In this document: piece after piece, positions 53,419-64,000 of the stretch
Layout of the letters: each line of letters starts with the position of its first letter
Position numbering within the stretch: position 1 is the first letter of the stretch
Program-made: the position numbers and the translations under genes
The notes under the pieces: generated by a model
Told to the model about the DNA's origin: nothing
The model's input: the letters and a program-made list of their open reading frames with translations, nothing else
Databases searched by the model: none
Assembly (NCBI RefSeq): GCF_000150275.1
Contig: NW_002060956.1
Location: 649,379-713,378, forward strand
DNA length: 64,000 nt
Reading direction: 5' to 3'
DNA from: Trichoplax adhaerens
Taxonomy: Eukaryota > Animalia > Placozoa

Positions 53419-53638
53419 TTTGCCAACTTTAAGACGCAACTATACTGTCTAATCCACTTTTAATAGTTATCTATTGTGCTGTAGAACATCAAGCGATGAC
53501 AATTAATGTATTCTACCAGCTTGTAATGAGTTTAGCATTAACGATATACCTACCAATGGCAATTTCATTAGAACATGTCAAGGAAATCTTGCCGGAGTCA
53601 AGGCAACAGCCCAGGAGAGTCAAATGGTTCTACTGTGA

Positions 53639-53692
53639 TGCTGACTCACACCGTGATGAATCAGTTGGTGTCAGCCCTCAGTAATGACGTGA
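53639..53692. promoter_or_regulatory. ARE/MARE-like site (TGCTGACTCA) and UPRE-like site (TGACGTGA) upstream of SELENOS
   Basis: Exact motif matches at 53639-53648 and 53685-53692 in the divergent SELENOS/ANKRD39 intergenic region. Confidence 0.4.
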
Positions 53693-53758
53693 CATCGCTT
53701 CAACCGTTCAATGAATAAAATGAGCTTCCCGTACACAGTACTGTAGTATACAGTACAC

Positions 53759-53791
53759 AGCACAGTACTCTACAGTGTAGAGTACTGTGCT
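53759..53791. repeat. Perfect 33-bp palindrome (16-bp arms, 1-nt spacer)
   Basis: AGCACAGTACTCTACA-G-TGTAGAGTACTGTGCT. Confidence 0.9.
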
Positions 53792-54347
53792 ATCAGAAAG
53801 AAAGAAAGAGATTGAGTACAAGCATTTGCTTCGTCAAGCATTTGTGATGTTATTATGGCTACTAGGCTACTGATAGAGACATACAGTATTTAGTGCTGAC
53901 GCCACTTGCAGAAATCATGACTCAGTAGAAGACTAACATGATTTCGCAACACCAATTAGATTGCAGTTGCAGCCATTTTAGCTTCTCGTTCTTGACCTTA
54001 GACTAGTAGTGTCCCAGATCGGATGCCATAGTGGTAATAAAAAAAGACTCTTCACCTTTATAGAGCTTTTACTAGTCTTTCTATGTGGCTAAAAGCAATT
54101 TAATTGAATCAACCTCTCTGTTCTTGGCATAAAGCGAGACTGTAGAAACACGTTCCTGTACTACAGCAGTGGTTGAAACGACTGCATGAAATCTCCTCAT
54201 CAACATATCCATTATCCAATTCCCTCTGTGATATCCTCTTGTAGGAATGATATCAATGGAGAATGGATTGAATTTCTGAGATTAATCACTGCTATGACTT
54301 TACTATTAGCGAGCTAGCTTGAATTGTACTATCTTATCACAATCATC

Positions 54348-55697
54348 ATGCCCAACGATAAGGATAAGCACAGTGCCTGCTGTGCTACTGCTCATTTTGG
54401 CCTAACTCAAACATTAGATGAAATGCAATTTGATCGAGGAATATGGGCAAGTGCTGTCAATGGTGACTTACAACGTCTTAAGCGATTCTTAGCTAAAGGA
54501 ACTGACGTCAATGTTACCGATAAAGCCGGCTATACCGCATTGGTAAACCATGGCTAAAAATAAGTAGATGTAAAACTGTATAACCATGGACGCCTTTAGT
54601 CAATACTCGATGGGCAGTGTACTTTACTGAACTAGATACTAAGCATAAACCAAAATACATATTTAAACCATGCATTCTACGTTGTAGATGAGCTGAACTA
54701 CACTTGACGACATGTACTGTATAGCAGATAGCATGCACAACTTAAATAAATATAATTACACATCAGAATGAAGGTCGTTCTCATGCTTGTTGATTCAGTT
54801 GTCCTCCATGTGACTATTATACACGTACAGTATGATTGAACATTAAATTCAATTTAATTTATAGAGCTAATTTGCTCCATCAGTCGTTGCAATTGCCTAG
54901 TGTAAACTACATAGATTTATTCAATTGATTAAAATGTTACTATGAATTTGGCTTACTTGCTCGTTTGGTTTGTCCACCTATAGCATTATGCTAGTCGTCA
55001 TGGACACTATGAATTTTGCAAAACCCTCCTGGAGAATAATGCCACAGTTGATTGTTTAACCGGCAGTGGTAAATCAACTCCTTTGCATCGTGCAGCTGGC
55101 CAGGGACATTTAAAGATTATAAATTTACTCTTAAAATACTCCGCTAGCTGCAGCCTTCAAGATGCAGATGGCAAGAATGCTGCTCATAAGGTATGACATT
55201 AATATGACTATAAAATAAATCTGGCGAAATAGTATAGCTATACAGTACAGTAGTTGCACTTGAGTTATCATGGGATCACTAAAGCATCATGATCCCTACA
55301 GAAGTGTTGTATTTTGTAATCGATGCAACAGTTTGCAGATTACCATTTTCATTTAATTCTAGCTATTCTAATTCTCGGATCATCCGAGTCGGATGTTCCT
55401 GCTGGCGTAATTGTATGCCTGTAAACTATATAGAATTTAAGTACAGTAATTATCACGCTTGTAAGATGATATCGAAATTGGTTACAGTAAAAATTCCTAT
55501 ACCATAAACATATTGCTCTGTAATATAAAATGACTCTTTCACAAATGATACAAGTTTATTATTATATACTGCTGTAGGCGGCGGAAAACGGATACAAGGA
55601 TATTGTCTATCTACTACAAAAATACAATCCGAATGTACTGGAGGTCAAGGATAACAAGGGCAAAACACCTCATGATTACCTTCATGTGGAGCATTGA
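54348..55697 (+). CDS. ANKRD39: Ankyrin repeat domain-containing protein 39, 3 exons
   Basis: Exons 54348-54542, 54984-55190 and 55578-55697. QTLDEMQFDRGIWASAVNGDL...AGYTALHYASRHGH...TPLHRAA matches the ANKRD39 signature. Confidence 0.9.
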
Positions 55698-56564
55698 AAC
55701 CTATTTTCTGAATTACTTTGATCTTTATTAACTTTAAAATACACATATGATATCGATAGAAAAATTTTTAAATTAATTATTAAAAGAGTTTATAAAACTC
55801 CTTTGCTATCAAATATTTAAAACTATTGCTCATTTTGATATACTGTACAATGTCGCATTTTTCACTACATGCAGTATACTAATAAGTCATATAAATAGTA
55901 ATAAATATACAGGAGCATAAGTAATGCACCTATCTTTACACTTTTAAGTTTTCTTCCGATATAAAAGTAATCATAAAAATATAAGAAGAAATAATTTGCA
56001 TCTTGGGTAAAAAATTAGGTCAATACAGTACATGCGGTCGATTGGTACTGATTCCGAATGTACCGGGGTCATGAACACGCAAACCACCTAATCCAAACTA
56101 GGATAAGAATTAATTGGCTTACGATAGATTAGACATGACTCCACATATGTTCGGACTGTAAAATCACATTAGATATATACGTGTATATATACATACATAT
56201 TATACATACTAGTCAATTAATTATTATAACACAAGTACTATCTCGGGTATCTCTGTTGTAGTCTCGATCTAGCATGTTTTGGTCCGATAAGTGGATCTAT
56301 TTTTGAACATAGAATCATCTTTAGCTATCATCAAGACAATGTCATAACATTTCCCTTGCAGTATGCCCTATGGAATGCAAGTGATCCGACGAGACTTTAT
56401 AGAATGTCAATATTTTACAGTATTAGCAGCTTCTCGACATTGTAATTAACAATTATCATACAGTGCAATTACAATTGACATAGAATCTTGGCTATACCAA
56501 GGCAACTACAGTTATTGGCCAAAATTGGTAGTAATATACTGAAAAAGTCAACTATGATTTAACG

Positions 56565-57386
56565 TTACTTCTTAACTGTAACGCTAACGCAAACATTATC
56601 TTTGATGTAAAATCTTAATGGTTGTGATGCCCAATAATTACCAGCATATTCAACACCGATTCTTTTGGCACTGACCAATTCTAGCTGCTTATCCTGTGGT
56701 TTAGGCTGAATCCATATCTCGTTACTTTGACATAAGTCAAGACAATTTATGGTTTTATCTATAGCCAAAGCTTGGCATAACTTGGCTGGTCCGTTACATA
56801 ATTTCTCGACGGCTGTATTTCTTTTATTCTTCTGCTTACCGTTTAATCTCAATTTAGTCATGTGGTCGATTCCATAAGTAGGTTGAAGAGCTCTAACCAA
56901 AACAGCAGCACCATCTCCTCGACTAGAAATATTAAAGCAAAAGTGTATACCGTATATTTGATAAACATAGGCGGTACCTGGTGCCATGAACATTGCTCGA
57001 TTACGTTCAGTTGCTTTGTTACCGCAGGAATGGGATGCTTTGTCATCACCGCCTAAGTAGGCTTCAGTCTCGACAATTCTTCCTGCTACCAGGCTATCAT
57101 CTTTTAATTTACGAACTAACTCGCACCCAAGTAATTTTTGACTTAAAGTACTACAGTCTTCATCAAAGAATGAATGATCTAATTTTGTTTGGCTAGATAG
57201 ATTGAACATGGCAGACTGCTCTTCATCACTGCTTACAGCTTCGGTCTTTCGCAATTTCTTCGATGTTGTAGCTTTCCTACTTTCGATCAAATCAAGTTGA
57301 TTGCCAGAGCTGCAATCTAATTGTCTTTTATAACTTGCAATTCGTTGCTTAAATTGGCGCAGATTGGAAGTATCACCATCGTCCAT
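56565..57386 (-). CDS. MPG: DNA-3-methyladenine glycosylase, intronless
   Basis: Motifs GRIVETEAYLG, MFMAPGTAYVYQIYG, GAAVLVRALQP, LCNGPAKLCQAL, RIGV and PLRFY. Confidence 0.95.
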   Translation of the reverse strand: MDDGDTSNLRQFKQRIASYKRQLDCSSGNQLDLIESRKATTSKKLRKTEAVSSDEEQSAMFNLSSQTKLDHSFFDEDCSTLSQKLLGCELVRKLKDDSLVAGRIVETEAYLGGDDKASHSCGNKATERNRAMFMAPGTAYVYQIYGIHFCFNISSRGDGAAVLVRALQPTYGIDHMTKLRLNGKQKNKRNTAVEKLCNGPAKLCQALAIDKTINCLDLCQSNEIWIQPKPQDKQLELVSAKRIGVEYAGNYWASQPLRFYIKDNVCVSVTVKK

Positions 57387-57635
57387 CCTGAATCTTACGT
57401 ACGGTACTCCTTTTCCTAATGCCTATGAGGCAGGCGTAATTAAACCCAATGATAATAGATAGAGAATAGCTAGAAACACCTAAGATGAGAAAGCTTGAAA
57501 TGCAGTTTAGACCTAGGGATGCCTAATGCATAGCTGCAGAGTTTGCTGGCTTGCTGCAACTTCCTTGCAAGAGTAGGTGGGATTGGCAATTTACATACAG
57601 CCGAACTGTAGCCTGTAAGTAAGTAATACTACGTA

Positions 57636-57876
57636 TACAGTAGTAACTGTCTACGCATGTGCATTACCGCAGTATTTCCATCTTCAATGCCCTATTAGGT
57701 ACTGTATCAAACTGTACACTGTACAGTAGTCACTGTCTACGCATGTGCAATATAGTAGTATTCCCATATCGAACTCGACAGTACAGTACAGTAGTCACTA
57801 TCTACGCATGTGCAACACAGTACTGTAGTATTCCTATCTCCAGTGCCCTATTACAGTAGGTACCGTATCGAACTGC
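57636..57876. repeat. Three imperfect direct repeats in the divergent MPG/OAF promoter
   Basis: TACAGTAGT(A/C)ACT(G/A)TCTACGCATGTGCA at 57636, 57722 and 57787. Confidence 0.85.
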
Positions 57877-58099
57877 TTTCCTCGGTGTACAGTGTACAGT
57901 ACTGTAAACTGAAGAGGGAAGATACTGTAGATTGGATTAAATCATCACCACTCGCCTTGTACCTTTACTCAGTTCGCTGACTAGCTAGCAATAATTGCAG
58001 CTTTAATCTTTAGTCATGAATTTACTGTGCTAAGCAATGGATTTTCTTACACTGTTATCCAGCATTACCTTTCGCTGCTTTTAATGTTTACGGATCCTG

Positions 58100-59841
58100 A
58101 TGGCAAGTATGTATCCTATCGGTAGGATGATGATGTGGTGGAGAATAGTTGTGATGATGATGATGACAACACATGCGTATGCATTACAGCTCTTCCTTAG
58201 CAATAGTCATGGAGACTTCTACACACAAAAGATAATTGTTAATAACGCTAACAACATGGTAGAGATGCAATGGACAACTCAAGATGAATCTCAGATTTCA
58301 GTTTTTATTAATTATCACCAGGTTAGTCAAGATAGATTGACTGTCAACACTTAAAAAGATAATCAATAAAGCTAATGACACATACAGTTTTCTGCGATAG
58401 ACTACTTTACGCTTACTCGAACAGTCGGTCCAAAAGTCAAAGGGTACCCTAGGAACTGTGATTTGTTTAATGTGGAATGTTATAGTAATTTAATAACCTA
58501 ATGGTGGAATATTACAATTGCTTTAGAAGAATCACTTACGATTATTCTATTCAGAAATGAAGTTACCGGGGTGACTACTTGAAAATTCTTATTTTACATG
58601 ATCAATAAACCTCGTGTATTCGTAGTACTCGTTGTGTAGCAATAGTTTGGATTTCAATTACAATTGTTAAAGATAAATCTTGTAAACTCAGTAGCAGTAA
58701 TCACTGGTACTATAGTACTCGTTAGCAATATTTTGAATTTCAATCAGAATTGTAGGGGATAGTTTTAGACATTCATGCTGTAAGACGTTTACCAACATGA
58801 TCCGAATGATGTCTTACTTTAGCTAATTGGAAGAACATCAAGTTCTCTAACTTATCACGCTACTAGAAATATTGTTTATTCATTTCGTTATCAGCCATGC
58901 GACAAGTTCAAGTATGCGACAGTAAAGTTACTATTGAGAACGAATATTTTGGCTGATTGATATCAATAAGAAAGACATTATTAAGTGAATAGGAAAACAC
59001 AAGTCTAACAATATCAATCCTTTAAAAATCATATTAATTAACTTGATAAATCAGCTTATAAGCGTTGTTCGATTGACTGGGCTCATTTCTTACCGGTGTT
59101 TGATCTAAAAGTAAAATGCGAGTATTTTGTACTTTTTAGTACTGGCAAATTTTTCGGATACGAACTCTAAGGGAGATGGACTATTACCAACACACTTCTG
59201 CGAAGCTCTCTACGTTCCAACAGCTTTGCTTCGTGAGAAAATTTCACTGGAAAGAGTTTATAGATTTCGAATCGATGACCAAATTATCTCATGTAAGTTT
59301 CTATGTGGTAAACGCTCGTACATTTAAAATCAATTTTTAAATTAAAAATATAATTCAATGATTTTTATCCGTTGTTAATTATTCTTTCTTGCTCTTATAA
59401 CTGCAACAGCAACATTCACGCAAGATTAATAAAGCTGATGAAGATCTTGGTGTAAAGAATGTTAATTTTAATTTTTCCATTCCTATGAATAAGATTATAG
59501 ACAACAATATTAGGGAAATTTGCCATGGTAGCAAAACTGTCTTAGTTAACAATATAACGATTGTAAATTCTATTTTAGGTAGTAAAAATGTCAATGACAG
59601 GACTACGATAAGAACTGCAAACAAAGATAGCTTATTTTGTTCTAAGATTACTGATAATATAATTTCACATCAATGTTTGTGTAATTATTCGTTATGTTTA
59701 AATTGGTATCCTTGCAATTATAAGAATTGCAAATTACTAGATAGTCAAGGAAGACAATCTTGCAGTATAGCAAGTTGTAAAAGATGTTATCATTTTCGAT
59801 ATACCAGCGATAGCGTGATGGATTGTTTATGGGACATTTAA
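58100..59841 (+). CDS. OAF: Out-at-first protein homologue (secreted)
   Basis: Exon 58100-58321 has a signal peptide. The last exon (59410-59841) has the OAF Cys pattern CLCNYSLCLNWYPCNYKNC...CSIASCKRCYHF...CLWD. The small internal exons (about 58400-58910) are less certain. Confidence 0.85.
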
Positions 59842-60715
59842 AAAGGTGTTGGTAGCTATTGGATAGCTTGCTTGATGAACAAGTAAATACTTGTTAGTGA
59901 TGGACAGTTTTACGTCATAACAATGCCATGTCTTACTGTATTTATTTGTAAATTTTTATCTATGGAAAGATCTTCTGCCGTCAGGGACTGCACTTACTGG
60001 TTAACTTACCAGCTGTAAATAATAGCTAGTGTAAATATTCATACTATCTATGATTATATTATTGGTCTTGAATTGGAGTAAAAGTGAACAAGCCGCGATG
60101 GAAAGGATACTAAACCCAATCTGTATCTAAAGATGCTATCAATATCTGCTGATAGTAGTTAGTCATATATAATAAACATCTACTACACTAGTATAGCGTG
60201 GATATAACTTATTGCTTGAATGGCATCACTTAGCCTTAGACGGAACCTTAATGCCGGGTATATAATAATGGTAACCATTAGAGGTAAAAAACACTGTTGA
60301 AAACAATGCATGTGAGGGCAAATCGTTGACGATACAATATTCGGGAGACATGATGCAAGGATAAATATATAGATTAGATTCTTATTTAGTTGCCTTGCCA
60401 CATGTTATTTATACAGTTCAATGCAAAACAGTGTACTGCGGTACGATATAATTTACTATTACATAGTAAAATGACTTTGTTAAACAAAGATTGCAAAATA
60501 TACTGATAAAATAAGAACTATATGTAAATGTCTAGATAATATCTTTAAAGCTGGTCTGTTTTATAGTTTAGATTTATTACATAGTAATTGGATCTGAAGA
60601 GTTCTAGTCTATTTGACGATTATATGACTGCATTGTTATCTTTGCGTATCAGCTTTCCCGGCCAGATAATTAATTAATTATGCATATAAGATCTCTACGC
60701 CCATAAAACTCTTCG

Positions 60716-60729
60716 GTGTCCATAGCAAC
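60716..60729. promoter_or_regulatory. RFX X-box-like element upstream of the IQ gene
   Basis: GTGTCCATAGCAAC resembles the X-box consensus GTNRCCATRGYAAC and sits in a GC-richer patch about 530 bp before the ATG. Confidence 0.45.
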
Positions 60730-61256
60730 GAGTGCGGGTGGGGCAAATTAATTAATGTGCTTTAGTAATACATATATGTTATATTAACGAGAGGGGAAAC
60801 AGTGCCTAAAGATTTGTGGGTTCCTAATCTACTTACTGTACCCTTTTGATAGAGCAATTACCTTCGATGTGGCAACTTGTAGTTCCTAGTCAAGACAGTT
60901 AACATTGATTTTATTGCTAGATGTTTCTAGAGACGTTTTTAATCTTTAATATCTAGTTTTTAAATACAAGCACAAACATATAATTGCATTAGCTCGGATT
61001 AATCATCCCTTATAAATAAGTGAGAATCAATTCTCAAATTAACGCAACGCAGCAACTTATTTACCTACCTACTATGTTATTTTCCCGCACAGTGTAGCAT
61101 AATGAGTGAACTGATTTGTAATACCTAAATAATACATAGTTATTACGTATTTTAAAGTTGTAAAGTTAACATTCGATAAGATTCGATTATTGCGTTTTCA
61201 CAAGTATAAAATCCGCTAGTTGATTGCCAATCTTTTGTAAATATAGTTGGTTTACG

Positions 61257-63340
61257 ATGGAAAATAAATACCACCAAACAAGAGAAGATCTAAGTACATC
61301 ATTAGGCTATACTGAAGAGGTTAGAAATTCGCTGACTATTTCTAAGCCAAATCTAGAATTAATTCGACATGATCGCCAGGAACGAGTCAATAAAATTATG
61401 AAGGTAAGTTTAAATGTAATACTTTAAAATAAAATAGTAATTAATAGCATAAACTTCAATATAGCATTTTATCCAAACTACAACAAAAATCTCTTTTAAA
61501 ATGGATGTATCAAATATACTAAAATTAATTAACATCACGACAAATATTCTAGGATGCAAATCCCTACGTGGCGAGGAATATCATACCTAAAGTAGGATTG
61601 ATTTAAGTTGTAATTTTAAAGCAATAATTATTAGGCAAATTTACATAAAATCAGTACAAATTTTATGAGATCTATTTAATTTACTTCACTAAAAGCGGAA
61701 TTAAATGTGCATGTATCGGTTAGGCTAAACTATCTCTCGAGGCATCAGCTGCAATCAAAATACAGTCTTACTTTCGCGGAATGTTAGCCCGCCGAGAGTA
61801 TCTTAAAAGGCTGATACAAAAGATGGAAGAGGTAAAATGGATTGTTATATCATTGTAATCTAAAAATTAAAGGCTGCCATTCAGAAGTACACTGTACATT
61901 ATATTTCGATTATTTTGAATATATTTGCACTCAGGAAGCGGAGAAAATGGAAAGAAAACGAATGGCGCAAGTTGAAGAAGGCGAAATGTTGATTGAGAAG
62001 TGAGTTTAATTTAAGTATATTACTGTAAAATGCCATTACAGCATTTATAGTCAGGGAAATAAATTTGCTATTTTAATCATCAGCTATCGCTTGCGAGCAG
62101 AATTCGAAGACAATAAAGCAGTAAGAAGGAATAAAAAAAGATTATATGAAACACAGGTTACAAGGTAGCAACTAAATCAAAACTCTATAGATTACAACTT
62201 ACCTAATACATGCAGTTAAAAAGTTAGTTAATCACTCTTGATTGATTATGATTTAAACATAAGGATTCAACGGGCTTGGAGAGGATTCAAACGTCGACAA
62301 AGTCAGGCGTCGCTTGCTGATGAAGAAGTCAATCAAGAAGAGAAACCTATTGAAGATGATAAGAACGAAAACTCAAATATGCCATCTAAAATAGCTGAGC
62401 TAGTTGCTGAAGACGTTAGTGATTATAGTGTTACTACAAATATAGAAGAACAAGTCTTTAACGGAGGTCAACCAAAATCAGAGATGGACGTGATAGCGAT
62501 ATTATTATCAGAGATAATTAATAAAGCGATAGATAACGAAACAGAAAGCCAAACCGAATCTCACACAATTTCGCGAGATCATCACTCAAAAATTAATGAG
62601 CACAAAGCAGTTTTTGACGACGATAAGTTAGATATTTCTTCTGATGAAAAAATACAATTGAATGCTACTCCATTACCCAATGACAGTAATTTATCTAATA
62701 AGGATATTCAGTCTGAGGCAGGTTAGTTATATTATACCTAATGTGATCATTTTAGTAAACTGTTATACATAACCATAGGTATTTTTAACACTTGTAATAA
62801 ATCGTATTGTTTTTTTCATGCTGCAATTACTGCACTGTGTATTTATATTTGCAAGGATTGAATATCGAAAGTATCCAAAAGTCCTTCGGTGATGGCTACA
62901 AGCCATTACTCAATTATTCTAACGATGATTTGAGTGAGAAAAAAGTGAAACTAGAAAATTTGATCCAAGGTTGTTCTTTCAGTCTGATATTACTTTATAT
63001 AATTTTTTAATTATGCTTGTGAATGCAATAATTTCGTAGCTAGGATAGCTAACTATAATTATTTACGTTAATTTTGCAGATACGTCCAAAAGCCTAATCC
63101 TACTTCTAGTAGAGCAGGATGAACTGAAATCGGCTAATGTTGCATTAACTACTCACGTTGAAGAGTTAACTCGGTAATAACAAATCTCATACGAAAATGA
63201 ATAAAAATCAGTTAAAATGCAATTTTAGGATCCGTTTGTCTTTAAATTTTTGATTATGAACGCTCGTAGTGGAGAATAAATCATTGAACGAACGCTTCTT
63301 TTACTTGATTATTTACAGAGTTGTACAAAAGCGAAACTAA
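61257..63340 (+). CDS. IQ-motif protein with an IQCJ-like N-terminal half and a SCHIP1-like C-terminal coiled coil, 9 exons
   Basis: Exons 61257-61403, 61553-61591, 61724-61831, 61935-61999, 62084-62164, 62264-62721, 62856-62969, 63080-63173 and 63319-63340 are in phase. IQ motifs IQSYFRGMLARR and IQRAWRGFKRR; C-terminus LILLLVEQDELKSANVALTTHVEELTRVVQKRN*. Confidence 0.8.
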
Positions 63341-64000
63341 AGTTGAAGAAAGACATATTTTTAAGATCTTGAGAAGGAAGTTGGTATAATGACAATTTGG
63401 ATTGTTTCTTGCTTTAGAAATTCGTATTTGCGATGCTGATTCATCATGCATGCTTTCATTAATAAATCAGTGATTAATAGATATAATCAGAACTGATAAC
63501 AATGTTATGTTATACATTGCAATGTAAAGACATTATCCAAAAATTTAGGCTCAAAAATGACTACTATAACAGGATCATAATGTTTATTTGTCAGTCTGTA
63601 TACAAGGTACAGAAAAGTACGGTACAATTTTTGCATTTCTTTAATTAGCAGTAAGTTAACTTTCCTAACATTTCGTTGCCTTTTAAAACAAAAAATCGTA
63701 AATCCTATTTATTTTTTATTCCTACGCAATTTGATGTAATAATTTTAGTATTGGCATTCGATAATGTATTTTTCATTGACTCTTGATTTTTCTGACGAAA
63801 ATTTAAGTTAAAAGTTCAACCCATTACAGTGCGATAGATGGGTATCAACGCTTACTTGTCGCTTACACATTCTACAAAATTAGACATTCAGATTCACCAT
63901 TAAAGATTTTAAGATGTAAATGTCAACGTAGTACGGTCTTCGCTTAAAATAATGATTAGCATCATACACATCTTCTAGCGCCAAGATAGCGTGTTATAAC

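Overview
Intron-rich, AT-rich animal genomic DNA, almost certainly placozoan (Trichoplax), because it carries the EDQANLKSIFGGKR-repeat SIFGamide precursor. The left block holds housekeeping genes: a long-chain acyl-CoA synthetase (+), cystathionine beta-synthase (-) and an intronless DHX33 (-). The centre (about 19-49 kb) is an AT-rich gene desert with two same-strand prepropeptide genes. One is a small YF/GPPamide precursor with a possible alternatively spliced 3' end; the other is the 44-unit SIFGamide precursor. The desert also holds decayed ORFs and small repeats. The right block has a 7-exon selenoprotein S gene (-) that the ORF track misses, with an in-frame UGA (Sec) and a type II SECIS. 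It is followed by ANKRD39 (+), an intronless MPG (-), an OAF homologue (+) and a single gene joining an IQCJ-like IQ region to a SCHIP1-like C-terminal coiled coil (+). Exon structures were assembled by eye from splice signals and remembered family sequences; no searches were run.
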